DNA of 64,000 bases. It comes from Myxococcales bacterium. GTDB lineage: Bacteria; Myxococcota_A; Polyangia; Fen-1088. The position numbers and the translations under genes are program-made. A model generated the notes under the pieces. That model was given only the letters and a program-made list of their open reading frames with translations, was not told the DNA's origin and searched no databases. Where the stretch lies: NCBI GenBank assembly GCA_022184915.1, contig JAGTJU010000001.1, forward strand, positions 868,057 through 932,056, given 5' to 3'. Shown one piece after another: positions 22,246-33,770 of the stretch. Position 1 is the stretch's first letter. Every line of letters starts with the position of its first letter.

Positions 22246-23979
22246 TCACTCGAGGACGAAGGGCATCTGGCAGTCGAAGACCGAGTTCCGAATCAGCAGA
22301 TCATTGCTGGGCATCGTGGGGCTTGGCACGTGGGCGAACGTACCCAGGTCGTCAACGTCGATGCAGCCCGTCTTTGCGCGCGAAAAGACAGAGTTCCAGA
22401 TCTGCACCTTCGTTCCGCGTCGGAGAAGCACGGTGCCACCGGCGAACACACCGGGCCCGGGATTGGCCGGCCCCAGGATGGTGAGGTTCGCGAGCAGAGG
22501 GAACGAGACAGGGGCACGTGCGCTGTTCGTTTCGTCGTTGTCCGCTTCGATCCCGAAGTCTCCGAAGACATCGGATTGCAGGACCACCACGTGTTGGGCA
22601 CCACCGCGCCAGCCTTGTCCCCAGTCGAGGCTGTCGTCCCCGTTCGAGGTCAGAACCACGTGCCCAATGAAGTCTGCCGAGCCAAAGTGCTCGACGCCGT
22701 CGTCGAAGTTTCGATGGACTTGCACGTAGTCGGTGAGCGTGCCTGAGCCCGTGCCGAAGTAGGAGATCCCGTTGAGCTCATTGCCGTTTCCATCGACGTC
22801 GAAGCCCGCGTGACGGACGATCACGTACTTGAGAGAGCCGCTCGCATCGCTGTCGTCGTTGCCACCGTAGCTGCCCACCTGGCCCTCCGCCTCGACGTCG
22901 CAGTTCGCGTCGTTTTCAGTGACGCACTCGTTGCTCTTGGCGCGCCCCATCAGAACGAGTCCGCCCCATTCGGCGGCGTTGGTGTCGATGGGTGTGGAGG
23001 GACTGCCGTCGAAGCGGCCTTTGAGTTGATCCTCGGAGGTCATGACGATGGGGTTTTCCTTCGTGCCGTTGGCCATGATCTTCGAGCCTCGGGTGATGGC
23101 CAGAGCTTGCCCCCGAAACCCAAAGATCAAGGTGCCCGCCTCGATCTCGAGGACGGCCGTTACACGGCTGGCCGGTGGGACGACGGTTGTACGTTGGTAG
23201 CCGTTGCCGATGCGCACGGGCATGGCCGCCAAGCGGTAAACGTTGTCGTTCGTGAGCTTGATCGTCCCAGCTTGCTCGAAGGAAGTCAGCTCACAGATGT
23301 CGTAGTCGCCGGCGGCCACGAACAGCTTGGCCTCGTCGTTCGTGAGAGGGCCGAAGGTTTGTGCGAACGACTGCGCAGCCAGCGTGGTGCCCGCGGGACA
23401 GGATTTGTTGGCCACGGGGGCGGTTGCCGTTGCGAGTGCGGTGTTGGGCTCCCCCTTCGCGAAGTCCCAAACCGCGCTGTTGCCGTTGATGCCGATGGTC
23501 CAGCCGTCTGTCCACGCGGGCTTTCCTGGCTCGAAGGCACCTACGTACGCCGTGTTGGTGAAGTACGCAGGAACGGGAAAGCCATTCCACATGGCCGGTT
23601 TGGTGAAGGCAGCGCCGGTAAGGGTGCTTCCCGCGCCAGGCTGTCCCTTGTTGTCGATCCCGGACGGGCCCACCCGGTTGGCCAACGTGGGGAGCTCCAA
23701 ATAGCTCTTCAATGACCAAGGATCTGCCATGGTTCCCGGGGCGCCGCCGGTTCCGCCCGAAGTGCCCCCCATGGGCGTTGGTGCAGGCCCTGTGCCTCCC
23801 ACCGGGACCATCCCCATGCCTCCCGTACCGGCAGGGACGCCCCCGGTGCCTGCAGGCAGGTTGCCCGTGTTGCCGGTGCCGCCCCCGTTCGAGTCACCAC
23901 CGCAGGCGACGGCCAGGACGGCGGCCGTGCCGACCCCCCCCGCCAAGACCATGAGTGTTCCAAGTTGTTTACGAATCAT
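22246..23979 (-). CDS. surface lipoprotein, beta-helix type (ElpS-like family, tentative)
   Basis: lipobox AVAC, GTKENPIVMTS, WGGLVLMG, GGNDDSDASGSLKYV, ELNGI, DDGVE, GIEADN. Confidence 0.7.
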   Translation of the reverse strand: MIRKQLGTLMVLAGGVGTAAVLAVACGGDSNGGGTGNTGNLPAGTGGVPAGTGGMGMVPVGGTGPAPTPMGGTSGGTGGAPGTMADPWSLKSYLELPTLANRVGPSGIDNKGQPGAGSTLTGAAFTKPAMWNGFPVPAYFTNTAYVGAFEPGKPAWTDGWTIGINGNSAVWDFAKGEPNTALATATAPVANKSCPAGTTLAAQSFAQTFGPLTNDEAKLFVAAGDYDICELTSFEQAGTIKLTNDNVYRLAAMPVRIGNGYQRTTVVPPASRVTAVLEIEAGTLIFGFRGQALAITRGSKIMANGTKENPIVMTSEDQLKGRFDGSPSTPIDTNAAEWGGLVLMGRAKSNECVTENDANCDVEAEGQVGSYGGNDDSDASGSLKYVIVRHAGFDVDGNGNELNGISYFGTGSGTLTDYVQVHRNFDDGVEHFGSADFIGHVVLTSNGDDSLDWGQGWRGGAQHVVVLQSDVFGDFGIEADNDETNSARAPVSFPLLANLTILGPANPGPGVFAGGTVLLRRGTKVQIWNSVFSRAKTGCIDVDDLGTFAHVPSPTMPSNDLLIRNSVFDCQMPFVLE

Positions 23980-24002
23980 GTACGTCTCTCCTCGTGTTTA
24001 CG

Positions 24003-24031
24003 AAAAAAGGCCGCCCAAAAAGCGGGCGGCC
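24003..24031 (-). terminator. Rho-independent terminator-like hairpin
   Basis: GGCCGCCC-7nt-GGGCGGCC stem followed by T6 on the minus strand. Confidence 0.65.
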
Positions 24032-24057
24032 CTGGTTGCTGGTCGTGAAGGGGAAGC

Positions 24058-25170
24058 TCAAACGGCGGGTGCCGGCCGAGCCCCTCTGCGCCGGGCCCAC
24101 AGATAAATCGTCAACGCCGCCACGGCACCGAGCAATGCCGCAAGCGCCACGAACACCTTCGGCGCCTGAAAGCGGGGAAACGCCCTCTCGAGCTCGGCGC
24201 GCATCGAAGCTTTCATTTGTGCAGACAAACCAAGCGCCTCCATGCGTCCGATGATCGCCTCGGCGCCGGCTTGATTTTTTTCGGCGAGTGCCAACGCCCA
24301 GTCGAAAGGCAAGAGGTTGGGGTCTGGAACGCCCTGGCTCCGCAGCTGCGCCACGCACCGGCCGAGCCGGGCCGCATCGTTGAGGCGTACGGCGAACCGG
24401 CACTCCAAAAATCCCACCTCGGTGGGCAAGTGCATCACGGGGGCGGGTTCGCTCGCGGCGCCTTCGAGCTTCTCGCGCACCTTCTTGAGTTGAAGAGCCT
24501 TGACCGCCTCGATGATCTCTTCGCGGCTGCGTTTTCTGGGGGGCTCGGCTTGCGCAAGGGCTTGCGCCGCCGGCGGGGCGGGCGAAGGGGCGGGCTCAGT
24601 CTTGCCGCTCAGTTTCGCTTTGAACGCCTCGAGGGAAGGCTGGGGGTTCGCCTTGAGATGCTCCTGCAGATGCGCGAGGCTGGCTTCGATGTTGTTGATG
24701 TCGCGGGGTCCGAAGCGCTTCGCCTTGAGCGTGTATTCCACGAAGCGCAGGTGATCCATGACCTTGGCGCCGGTCAGCGATACGGCCTTGCCGCAGTTTC
24801 CTGCCGCGATGTCGAAGTTTCCTAGCTTTGCGTACGCCAGACAAAGGCGGCTGAACGAGACCCAAGCCTCGGGCACGGCTGTTGCGAGCGCTTCGTAATA
24901 TTTGACGGCGCCGGACCAATCCGAGGCCTTGAAGGCTCCTTCCGCGCGCGCAGCCATGTCCTGAAGGAAGTACGCGAACTCGAGGGGATCGGCGTTTCGC
25001 TCTGCCACGGACGGAATGTTCGCCTTGGGATTGTCGTCGTTCACCTTCCACTTCGAGGCGAGATCGCCAGACGCAAGTGCCGGCTGTTCCGAGGCATGCG
25101 TTGCCGGGCCGAAGCCGGCGGCAAGCGCGCCGACGAGAAAAAAGAGAGAGAGCCTAAAGGGTCTTTGCAT
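24058..25170 (-). CDS. exported TPR-like protein with C-terminal TM anchor
   Basis: signal peptide ATHA, TPR-like helices (AVKYYEALA..VP..SFSRLCLAY), C-terminal TM plus RRR. Confidence 0.7.
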   Translation of the reverse strand: MQRPFRLSLFFLVGALAAGFGPATHASEQPALASGDLASKWKVNDDNPKANIPSVAERNADPLEFAYFLQDMAARAEGAFKASDWSGAVKYYEALATAVPEAWVSFSRLCLAYAKLGNFDIAAGNCGKAVSLTGAKVMDHLRFVEYTLKAKRFGPRDINNIEASLAHLQEHLKANPQPSLEAFKAKLSGKTEPAPSPAPPAAQALAQAEPPRKRSREEIIEAVKALQLKKVREKLEGAASEPAPVMHLPTEVGFLECRFAVRLNDAARLGRCVAQLRSQGVPDPNLLPFDWALALAEKNQAGAEAIIGRMEALGLSAQMKASMRAELERAFPRFQAPKVFVALAALLGAVAALTIYLWARRRGARPAPAV

Positions 25171-25194
25171 CTTCGCTTCCTGAAGGGGTGGTTG

Positions 25195-28068
25195 CTACCG
25201 AGAGCCGCAGGCCGCCACGCAGCGTGCGATGGTCTCCTCGCTCTGTCCTGACATCCTGAGCTCAGTCGCGTGACCATTGCTTACATAAAGGTGGCAGTCG
25301 GCAAGGATGTTGGCCATGTACCAGGACGCCGGACGTCCCGGGGCGGGCTCGACCCTGAAGTAGTCGTCAAAGATCGCAGCGTTTGTCGGTGTCATCGCAA
25401 ACTGCGATTCGTAGGCCTTTCGAGACTGTTCCGCGCATACGCCTTTGGGCACGAAGTTGGGGTCTTCGCACATCTCGTTGTCTTCCGGGGTAGGTCCGCA
25501 GTAGCAGGCTTGCGGTGAGAATCCGAGGCCGCAGCGCGAGTCCAGGAGGCAATTGAGAAGTGCGAGGCAAGGGGCATCGTTGAGACACCCAATGTCTCGC
25601 CCCAGGTCCTTCTCCAGAGGAACCCCGTTGAGCAGAGGCTTGCCGCACTCGCCTTCAACGAGACCGATGCACTCGACGCACGCGCTCACACCGATGCGTT
25701 GGCACTTATCGTCGCAAACGGTGCCGTCGGGTGGGTCGCACACCTCGCCCTCTTGAACGATGCCGTTTCCGCAGACCTTGAGCTGGCAGTCCTTGGCGCA
25801 CCCGCAGGCCATGGGGTTGGCCTGCGCCTCCGCCACACTGCACACGGGGCCTGTGGAAGGCGGGTCGCACGCCTCGAAGTCGGCCGTGACCACACCGTCC
25901 CCGCACACGAACTCGCTCTTGCAGGCCGCATCGCATCCGTCGCCGGGAGTGGTGTTGCCATCGTCGCACGCTTCTCCCCTTTGGCGGATGCCGTTTCCGC
26001 AGGCCAGAAGGAGACATTGGTCGTCGCAATCGGGAGTGCTGTCGCATTCCTCGAAGGTGCAACCGAGTCCCGTGGGCGTGATGCCGTCGCTGCAGGTATT
26101 GGGAGTCCTGCCCACCATGAGTGTGGTGTTGACATCGAACGCAAGCGGCCTCTCCTGCTTGATGCCGTTGCCGCAGGCGAGGGGGGATACGCAGTCGGCA
26201 GCGCACGCCTGGCCTTGGCACGAGAGGAGCTGACCAACCGCGGCCACGACGGGAAAGCGCGTGTCAGAGCCGCCGAACCGCTGCATGATCGTGAGAGGGT
26301 CCACCGTTTCGAGGGCTTGCTCAATCTGCGCACGGCAGCTTCCGTTGGCACGTCCGGGTTCGAGGCAACCGGGGCCCGCGCTGCCGCAGTAGCAGTTCTC
26401 GAGCCGGCTTTCGCCTGCGGGTATGGATATGCTCGACGTCAAGCTCGGCCGGGTCGAGATGACCGTCTTACCGTCGCACCCGGTGCGCATGATGCACTCT
26501 CTTAGCCCCTCACACAGTGAGGCTTTCGCGCGGCCTTTGGCGGGGCCCGCGGCGGCTACGCCTTCGAGGCCCAGGCAGGCGTCCATGCGCGGGCGGCACT
26601 CGGCGATGGCGCAGTTGTCGCACGCAGTCTTGTTGCGGCAGGTTGGGGTGCACGAACCCGCAGCGGTGAAGGAGGTCGCGGCCTCGTCACAGGCCTCGCC
26701 CAACTCCCGCTTGCCGTTGCCGCAATCGAACTCTTTGCCACACACGGGACTGCAGCCGTCGCCCGAGAGCAGATTCCCATCGTCGCAGGTTTCCCCGTCG
26801 TTCAGCTGGCAGTTTCCACAGTTGGGGAAGAGCTCGGTGATGTTGGCGCCGCGCAGAGTGACATCATCCCAAGAGGCGGACGCCGATGCCCCCGCGGGAG
26901 CCACCACGCCCAATTTGATGAGCAGCGACGCTGCGGGGGACGAGGCCGCGAGGCTGGTCGTATCGATGAGGCGGCTATAGGTGAGCCATGTGTCCGGCTG
27001 AGCGCTTGGCGAGCTGGCGGCTCCTGTACTGACCGGCCTGCCCGTGCAGGTTCCGTTCGAGAAGGCCTGAAGTACGGCGAAGGCTTTGGCGCCTGCGGGC
27101 TGCCCTGCGGCGTTGCGGTAGGCGGCGCGGAACTCCAGGAAGGCTCCGGGGGAAAAAGCCACACAGCGGGCGACGCCGTCCACGCTGAACGGGGGCAAAG
27201 TGCCTGCTGTAAAGGTCACCTTGACGCTGCCGGGGCTCTTGGCTCCTGCGCTCGGGTCATGTTGCGCCTGCACCGCGGGCCCTACGCTCCAGCCCGCCAG
27301 GTTCGTGTCGAAAGTGCTGTTGGGCACGATATTCTCATCGGGCGCACCTGCGTCCGCCGCCCCCGCATCGGGCGTGACCACGCAACCCGGCAGACCGGCA
27401 TCAGGCATAGTCGCGCCTGCGCGCTTGCAGGCCCCCACGCATGAGATGCCGTTGACCGGTTCGCATTCCTCTCCCAGCTCGGCGTTGAGCCTGCCGTCGC
27501 CGCAGAAGGGCTTGAGCTTGCAGGCCGCCGTGCATGTGGTGCTGGAACCGTCGGCGGCGCGGGGCCCCAGTCCAGGCTCGCATTCTTCTCCTGCGGTCGC
27601 GTCCAGGAGCCCATCGCCGCATTCCTTGCGGCAGGCGCGACAGCCGTCACCTGATGCGGTGTTGGCGTCGTCGCACTCTTCGCCCGGATCCAGCGTGCCG
27701 TTGCCGCAGGTCACGTTCAAAAGGCCGCAGGTCGCGCTGCAGACGCCGGCGGCCGGGGGATCGCACGACTCCGAGGGATCGACGATGCCGTTGCCGCAGG
27801 TCTCCACCTGGCACAGCGAGCTACATCCGTCGCCCGCCACGAGGTTGCCGTCGTCACAGGTCTCGGGAAGAGCCACGAGTCCGTCGCCGCAAATGGGCGC
27901 GGTGGGGTCGGGACAACCCGCGTCGCTACACCCGCCGTCTGGGATCTCCACTGAGACATCAACCGGGCTTTGTGCGGGGACGTTGTCGCCACAGGCGGCC
28001 AGTGCCCCCAAGGCGGCAAGCCACAAAACGTGACGCGTGCAGAAAAAGGTGTGAAGAGGGCGCTTCAT
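25195..28068 (-). CDS. Cys-rich lipoprotein: DUF4215-type repeats, CBM4/9-like domain and two CYCG domains
   Basis: LAAC lipobox, many CGDG/CGNG..E.CDDGN...GDGC repeats, NIVPNSTFD...WDDV. Confidence 0.85.
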   Translation of the reverse strand: MKRPLHTFFCTRHVLWLAALGALAACGDNVPAQSPVDVSVEIPDGGCSDAGCPDPTAPICGDGLVALPETCDDGNLVAGDGCSSLCQVETCGNGIVDPSESCDPPAAGVCSATCGLLNVTCGNGTLDPGEECDDANTASGDGCRACRKECGDGLLDATAGEECEPGLGPRAADGSSTTCTAACKLKPFCGDGRLNAELGEECEPVNGISCVGACKRAGATMPDAGLPGCVVTPDAGAADAGAPDENIVPNSTFDTNLAGWSVGPAVQAQHDPSAGAKSPGSVKVTFTAGTLPPFSVDGVARCVAFSPGAFLEFRAAYRNAAGQPAGAKAFAVLQAFSNGTCTGRPVSTGAASSPSAQPDTWLTYSRLIDTTSLAASSPAASLLIKLGVVAPAGASASASWDDVTLRGANITELFPNCGNCQLNDGETCDDGNLLSGDGCSPVCGKEFDCGNGKRELGEACDEAATSFTAAGSCTPTCRNKTACDNCAIAECRPRMDACLGLEGVAAAGPAKGRAKASLCEGLRECIMRTGCDGKTVISTRPSLTSSISIPAGESRLENCYCGSAGPGCLEPGRANGSCRAQIEQALETVDPLTIMQRFGGSDTRFPVVAAVGQLLSCQGQACAADCVSPLACGNGIKQERPLAFDVNTTLMVGRTPNTCSDGITPTGLGCTFEECDSTPDCDDQCLLLACGNGIRQRGEACDDGNTTPGDGCDAACKSEFVCGDGVVTADFEACDPPSTGPVCSVAEAQANPMACGCAKDCQLKVCGNGIVQEGEVCDPPDGTVCDDKCQRIGVSACVECIGLVEGECGKPLLNGVPLEKDLGRDIGCLNDAPCLALLNCLLDSRCGLGFSPQACYCGPTPEDNEMCEDPNFVPKGVCAEQSRKAYESQFAMTPTNAAIFDDYFRVEPAPGRPASWYMANILADCHLYVSNGHATELRMSGQSEETIARCVAACGSR

Positions 28069-28096
28069 GGCCAGGCTCGGATGATCTTCAGAAGTG

Positions 28097-31000
28097 TCAA
28101 CGTTTGCATTCATCGAACCCGATCTTCGGCTGCAGCTTCTTCTTCGTCATGCCATCGAGGAAGTAGTACGCCGCGACGCCTGCGTTCATGGCACCCCGTC
28201 GCGTCCAATCGTCGAGCAAGCGGGGAACCAGCGCACTCGACCTCGGCCAAAGTTGATGAACCCCCTTGTTGCCAAAGGCGCGTGCCAGCACCGGTGAAGG
28301 ACAAAACGGCATGTCCTTTTCGTCGTCGACGCCTGCAAGGCGAAAGTGCGAAACCGCACGTTGACGGTCTTCTTCGCTCTTCGGTGCCACGCACCAGGCG
28401 AAAAGGTTGTTGGCGTTGATGCCTTTCTCCACACGCCCGTCCAGGGTGCCTACGGGGTGGTTTTGCGGGTAGAGCCACTCTCCCTCTGGACTTTTCGCCA
28501 GATAGACACTTCCGGTCGGTTCCCTGAACAGGTCGGCTGCATTTTCGGTGGCTGCCGGAGACGGGAACGCCTCGGTGAACACCCGGACCGTGGGTGTATT
28601 TCTGAACCCGCAAAGGGAGGCCCAAAGTTCCAAGTGGCCTGAGTTTTCCACGAAGGGAACGATCGATCGGGCGTCCAGGTACATGCCGGTCGCTGCCGTG
28701 GCCGGATTGCGGAAGAACTTCACCTCCCACGGCAGATCCAGCACGCTTCGACAGAGTGCGCGTGCAGACTCGAGCATGTTGGCGTCCTTGACGTTGTCGC
28801 CCGCTTTGGGTGCAGAACCGTAAAAGGGGCTGGTCGATACGAGCCGCACGGCGATGGGAGGAATGGCACTCAGTGTTCCGCCCATGCCCATGAACACCAT
28901 GTAGCGCGCCAACCAATCGGCGGGCGTGCCGCCCCCCTTCGCCCCTTGGAACTCTGTGTGGGCGAACTGGCCCGGAGCGGCCACCGGGCCCAGCATGCCA
29001 TCGAGGAAGTTCGCCACCCTGACCCCACCGCCGGTGAGCTCGAGGATGGTGGCCGCCAAGGGACTGCGTGAATCGATGTCTCGTCCGTGGCAATTCTGGC
29101 ATGTGGCACGGAAGACAGCCTCACCGCGGCTTTGTTGATGAACCCTTCGGGCCCCGTCGCGCAGCGCGAACCGTGGGCCCTCCTTCGCGACCAGCCACTG
29201 GTAGCCGGGGGAAGGGGAACTCGACGCAAGCTCCGCCTGCCACGCGGACAGACGCTTGGAGGACGTAGACGCCTCCTGGCTCTCGCTGCATTCGGGCGCC
29301 CAGAAGCCCATGGGCAAAGACTCGGTTGCGAACCGTTCCTGTTCGCTGTCGAGGAAGAGCCCCTGGAGCATGTCGACCACCGTCGACACCTCAGGGGACA
29401 CGGGTACCGAGGGGCTGCGATCAACCAAGATATCTTTCCACTGAGAGCGGCGCGGCTTCCACACGTCTTTTCGATCCGTGGTGTCGACAACCACCCAGTG
29501 CGCGCGGTCGGGGACGGCATCGCGCAATGTGCCCTGCGCGGCGACGTTCACACGCGCACCGTTCAGCCGCCCCTCGTCGATGGGTGCTTTGCGCTCACCC
29601 TTGGCCACGCCGGGATCGACCGTGTCGTCGTCGTCAGGGCAGTGGCTGCCGGTCAAGCTGTTGCGGAAGCGCTGGAGGCGCAGCTCGGCCTCAGTCACTG
29701 CGTTTTGGTACCCATACGCCCGTCCATCCCTGTCAGGCAGCTTGTTGCCATCGCCCGCAACCACGTTCTCGTAGGGGAACTCGCCCTCCTTGACCTCCTG
29801 ATAGGGCTGCTCAAAGCCCGTGGCACCCTTTTTGTACTGCTCGTGTCCAGGCACGAGGATCGTATTTGTGACGGGATCGTTGACCGCCAACTTCTTGAGC
29901 TTCGGAATGCTGGGGATGCTCAGCATCCACTCGGCCATGATCGTCTGCGCCCGGCAGTCGTAGCCCGGTACGTTGCGGGGCATGTGAATGAAGAGCGTAT
30001 TGTCCTCCTCGTAGGTGAAGGGCGTATACACGTTCCTCCAAATGAGGCTTCGCCAGGGGCCATAGAACTTGAAAATGCCCTCGACCGGGTCGAGTTCATC
30101 CAGGTTCTGGCCGGGATTGTTGGAGCGGGGCCCCACGGGTGGAAGATAGTCGAGCGTGGGAAAGAGCTCGCGGGAGGTCAGCTCTCGAAGCGTCTTCGTG
30201 TTTGGCTTTTCCGTTTCGGAGCCGGTGAACCCGTCCGTCAGTTCGAAGTCGCCGATCGCAGGCGTAATGTAGGGGTGCCGAAGCGTTTGCAGGGGACCCA
30301 CCTTCGCCCGTGGCGAGTACTTTTCCAAAGGAAACTGGAACACTCCCCCCGTGGCGCTCGGGAAAAGATCGAAGTCCTTCAGCACGGGATTTTGCACGGT
30401 GGGAAACCCGGTTGGGTTGTGGCAAAACGCGCAGTTGCCCATCATGTAGCCTTGCGCCACCGCTTCGTATTTGTTGCGAGGCTTGCGTGTACCTTGCGAC
30501 TCCTCGAGTTTCGCCTCACCCGGAGCAATGCCCTCAATCACACCCCACTCGATGAGGCGCTGGAGCTGTTCGAGCTCGTCCGCAAAGGGAGGCTCGAAGA
30601 CCCCGCTCATCTCGTCGTCAGCCGATCGTCGATCGACATGCCAGGGGGTGAACCCGAGGATGAAGGAGTGATTCTGAGAGCCCATGTGGCATTCCACGCA
30701 GCGTTCGCGGCTGGGCAAGGGATAGTGTCGAATCTTCCCGGAGGCGGCGTTCGCCAGCTCATCGGACGTCATGTACGTGCACGTATCGCGGTTGGATTCG
30801 GGACTGACGGGGTTCTTGTCGGGATCGCGCGGGGCGCGTTCGTCCGTCACGTAGGGGCAGAGGCGATCGGCCCAGGGGTCTCCGCTCTCGAGCGGATCGA
30901 TGATTTTCCTCGCCATCTGCTCGTCTTTGTCCCACGCATAGATGACCATCAACGATCGCACCGCGTAGCGTCCGTCCGGGAGGAGCTCGTCGGGGCGGGA

Positions 31001-32050
31001 CACGATGAGCCGCGTCTCCATTTTCCGGTAGCCCACCTCACCGTTCTTGTCGATCACCTTGCGCAAGAACGTCTTGTAGAACCGCGTGTTGGGCGGGATG
31101 AAGAAGTCCTTCGTCTCCGGGTTGTAGCGAATCTTTTGACCCACGGGCACGCGCACGTAGCGCATCTTCGAGGCGTTATCGGAAAACAGCGTGTACGTGG
31201 GGGCGTAGCTAAAGACTCCGCGGCGCGCGAGTTCCGCCGAGTCGAGCGTCGCGAGGTCGGTCTCCACGAGCGTGTCAGGCAGGTCCGCAAAAGACGTCAT
31301 GCTCGCGAAGCGCGCATCGAGCGCCTTCGCCTCGTCTTGCACGATCTCGAGCTTCTGGGTGGGCAGACAACTGCCGATGTTGGTCAAGCCCGCTGCCATG
31401 GTCGCTGGCAGCCGGTAAGGCGCGGATGAGGGCGCGGGACTGCCTCCGGCAAGAGGCTCGTTGGTCTGGACCTGGAACACGTCGGGGAACTGCTGCTCTT
31501 CCCAGGCGAGCATTCTTTCGGCCAAGAGACGAAGAGGCTCGTTGGCCGCACGGCGGCTTCCGTCTCCCGAGCCGGGGGGCATGACCTTGTCGCGGTCAGC
31601 GGACAGAATGCGGGCGTGCGAAAGGCTGCCCAGGTCCGCACGCTGGGTGAAGGTTTCCAGGTTGATGGTGAACGTGCCCGTCACCCCCGACTTCAGGTCG
31701 GGCCGCGGCGCCGCGCCGACCGCCACCCCGTGGCAGCCGGCCTGCCCACAGCTCTTCTCGAAGTCCGTCCAGAGTTCTTGCTTCGTAATGCTGCGCGTGT
31801 TGTTTCCACCGCCGCTCCCCGGAGCGCCAGCCGCCGTGACCTCGCGGCGCGCCGCCAGGAGCTCGGCCTTGACCTCGCGGCAGGAGCCCGGTTGGGAGGG
31901 TGTCCCCGGCGTGCTCGGCGACGTGGGAACGAACGTCGATCCTGGGTCGTACCCATCAAAGGGCGCCTTGTCCGTCTTCTCGCTACAGCTCGGAAAGACG
32001 AACGAGGCACACAGGACAACTCCGAAGACACCGGCGTGGGCGAGGCGCAT
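28097..32050 (-). CDS. 1317-aa multiheme c-type cytochrome lipoprotein with SO2930/HNE_0200-like module
   Basis: CGQAGCH, CVECH, CAFCH, CQNCH; [23 protein letters not shown]; FPSC lipobox-like signal. Confidence 0.8.
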   Translation of the reverse strand: MRLAHAGVFGVVLCASFVFPSCSEKTDKAPFDGYDPGSTFVPTSPSTPGTPSQPGSCREVKAELLAARREVTAAGAPGSGGGNNTRSITKQELWTDFEKSCGQAGCHGVAVGAAPRPDLKSGVTGTFTINLETFTQRADLGSLSHARILSADRDKVMPPGSGDGSRRAANEPLRLLAERMLAWEEQQFPDVFQVQTNEPLAGGSPAPSSAPYRLPATMAAGLTNIGSCLPTQKLEIVQDEAKALDARFASMTSFADLPDTLVETDLATLDSAELARRGVFSYAPTYTLFSDNASKMRYVRVPVGQKIRYNPETKDFFIPPNTRFYKTFLRKVIDKNGEVGYRKMETRLIVSRPDELLPDGRYAVRSLMVIYAWDKDEQMARKIIDPLESGDPWADRLCPYVTDERAPRDPDKNPVSPESNRDTCTYMTSDELANAASGKIRHYPLPSRERCVECHMGSQNHSFILGFTPWHVDRRSADDEMSGVFEPPFADELEQLQRLIEWGVIEGIAPGEAKLEESQGTRKPRNKYEAVAQGYMMGNCAFCHNPTGFPTVQNPVLKDFDLFPSATGGVFQFPLEKYSPRAKVGPLQTLRHPYITPAIGDFELTDGFTGSETEKPNTKTLRELTSRELFPTLDYLPPVGPRSNNPGQNLDELDPVEGIFKFYGPWRSLIWRNVYTPFTYEEDNTLFIHMPRNVPGYDCRAQTIMAEWMLSIPSIPKLKKLAVNDPVTNTILVPGHEQYKKGATGFEQPYQEVKEGEFPYENVVAGDGNKLPDRDGRAYGYQNAVTEAELRLQRFRNSLTGSHCPDDDDTVDPGVAKGERKAPIDEGRLNGARVNVAAQGTLRDAVPDRAHWVVVDTTDRKDVWKPRRSQWKDILVDRSPSVPVSPEVSTVVDMLQGLFLDSEQERFATESLPMGFWAPECSESQEASTSSKRLSAWQAELASSSPSPGYQWLVAKEGPRFALRDGARRVHQQSRGEAVFRATCQNCHGRDIDSRSPLAATILELTGGGVRVANFLDGMLGPVAAPGQFAHTEFQGAKGGGTPADWLARYMVFMGMGGTLSAIPPIAVRLVSTSPFYGSAPKAGDNVKDANMLESARALCRSVLDLPWEVKFFRNPATAATGMYLDARSIVPFVENSGHLELWASLCGFRNTPTVRVFTEAFPSPAATENAADLFREPTGSVYLAKSPEGEWLYPQNHPVGTLDGRVEKGINANNLFAWCVAPKSEEDRQRAVSHFRLAGVDDEKDMPFCPSPVLARAFGNKGVHQLWPRSSALVPRLLDDWTRRGAMNAGVAAYYFLDGMTKKKLQPKIGFDECKR

Positions 32051-32082
32051 GGCGAAGCTCCCGGGTTACGGTCGTTGAAGCG

Positions 32083-33615
32083 TCAGAAACACTCAGCGTT
32101 GCATTTGAGAAAGGCCTCGTCGACGATCACGGTGGCGTTCCCCATGGGGTAGTTGAAGTCGAAGTAGCGCGCCAGCACATCGGTATTCACAGGGTTGTTT
32201 CCCGCGCCGGCCTTCATCTCCGCCGCGCAGTCACCCTCGGGCACGAACGAGGGATTCTCGCACTCGTCGATCTTGGCCTGTGAGTTGCCGCAATAGCACG
32301 CTGCTGGCGCGATGGCCGTCCAGCAGGTGGGGCTGGCGAGAATGCAGGAGAGCACCGAAGCGCAGAGTGCGTCAGGCTGACAAACCGTTGCGTTGAACTC
32401 GCCGACTTCGGTCCGGGTGGCGATGCACTCCAGACACAGGTTGTTCTCCTGCACCTCGAGCTTACACTCGACACAGGCGGGGTTCATGCTGTCGTCGCAT
32501 TCCTCGGCACCCTCGACCACCCCGTTACCACAGATGGGCACGATGGTGCACGTGTCGCTGCAAAGCTGGTTGGCCTCGAGCCCTGCGTCTCCATCGCATT
32601 GTTCGGACGCCTGGTTGACCGCACCGTCGCCACAGGTCGCGGCCGAGGAGATCTGACACTCTGGTGTGCAGCCCTGGCCCTCGCTGAGACCAGCCGTGCC
32701 GTCGCAGGCTTCGCCGGTTTGCACGATGCCGTCGCCGCAGCGTTCGATGGCGCAGGTGGACGAGCAGCCGTCGTTGTTCGTGGTGTTGCCGTCATCACAG
32801 GCCTCCGTGCCCTCTTGCTGACCGTCTCCGCATACGTTGGCCTGAAGACAGGACAGCCACACCTCTTCGGTGTCGAGGCAATCGTCGTCCTCGTACGTCA
32901 CGGAGACAAAGACCCCCGCGGCGGGCAGACCCGTGAACGGATCCGCTGCGGAGGCTGTGCCCAGACCACTGCAGGTGAAGGCTTTGCATGCGAACGCGCC
33001 CTCGTGGCAGGTGCCGTCACCGAGCGTGCCCTGCGCAGTCTGGGCCGCGTCGTTGCGGAGCGACCAGGTCAACGAGGGCGTACCCACGACGGCAGCGTCG
33101 TGAAGAAGCACGTTCACCGCGGTGGAACTGCCCAGGAGCACGTCCGCAGGGGCCGCGTAGATCGTCTTGATCCGATCGGCGGAGCAGTCTTTGTACGCGA
33201 CGGTGGCGCGCACCCGTGCCCCGCCGCCGCCATTGGAGATGCCGCTGCAGAGCAGGGTGACCTGCACGTCTACCGTGGATGCGGGCACCACCGAGAAGGT
33301 CTTGCTGCCCTGACACTCGAAACCCTCGCCGGTCTTGGTGCCCAGGGTCACCACGCACTCTCCGGCCGCAAGGCCGCCGAAAACGGCCAGGATGCGTCCG
33401 TCTTGCACCTGCAACGTCCTGGTGATGTCCACGCCACTGCCGGCGCAGACGAGCTTCAGATCGACAGACTGCACGGTTTGGCCTTCCGGCACGTCCAGCT
33501 CGAAGCGAACGCTCCCCGTGGGGCGTCCCGATGTGTCCCCGTCGCCGCAAGCGACGAGGGACGTAACGAGGGCAAGGGCAAAAGCGGCGCGAAGACGCGT
33601 GAGGGTCTGGATCAT
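32083..33615 (-). CDS. Cys-rich lipoprotein paralog A (Ig-like domains, DUF4215-type repeats, CYCG domain)
   Basis: LVAC lipobox; collinear with 36150-37682. Confidence 0.85.
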   Translation of the reverse strand: MIQTLTRLRAAFALALVTSLVACGDGDTSGRPTGSVRFELDVPEGQTVQSVDLKLVCAGSGVDITRTLQVQDGRILAVFGGLAAGECVVTLGTKTGEGFECQGSKTFSVVPASTVDVQVTLLCSGISNGGGGARVRATVAYKDCSADRIKTIYAAPADVLLGSSTAVNVLLHDAAVVGTPSLTWSLRNDAAQTAQGTLGDGTCHEGAFACKAFTCSGLGTASAADPFTGLPAAGVFVSVTYEDDDCLDTEEVWLSCLQANVCGDGQQEGTEACDDGNTTNNDGCSSTCAIERCGDGIVQTGEACDGTAGLSEGQGCTPECQISSAATCGDGAVNQASEQCDGDAGLEANQLCSDTCTIVPICGNGVVEGAEECDDSMNPACVECKLEVQENNLCLECIATRTEVGEFNATVCQPDALCASVLSCILASPTCWTAIAPAACYCGNSQAKIDECENPSFVPEGDCAAEMKAGAGNNPVNTDVLARYFDFNYPMGNATVIVDEAFLKCNAECF

Positions 33616-33667
33616 GAGAGGTCTCCCGGTTGGTGCCGAAGGCACGGGATGAACGCGATACGAGCCT

Positions 33668-33716
33668 TTCATACATCCCGGAACGCAGGGTCTTCGTGAC
33701 GATTCCGTGGCAGCTC
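33668..33716 (-). promoter_or_regulatory. putative activator box plus -10 (GCCAC-N6-GTCAC-N22-TATGAA)
   Basis: same spacing seen at 37768-37812, 37985-38017 and 44630-44662. Confidence 0.5.
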
Positions 33717-33770
33717 GCGCAGGCGCGCGCAGAGGGCTGCCGATCTCCGGAGCAGCTCTTCGATAATCGG

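Noticed and set aside
25700-27900. Recurrent gccgttgccgcag / gccgtcgccgca motifs resembling an array
   Set aside because: They encode CGNG/CGDG protein repeats with irregular spacing; not CRISPR, and no cas genes
29087-31429. 780-aa plus-strand ORF
   Set aside because: Shadow of the multiheme cytochrome
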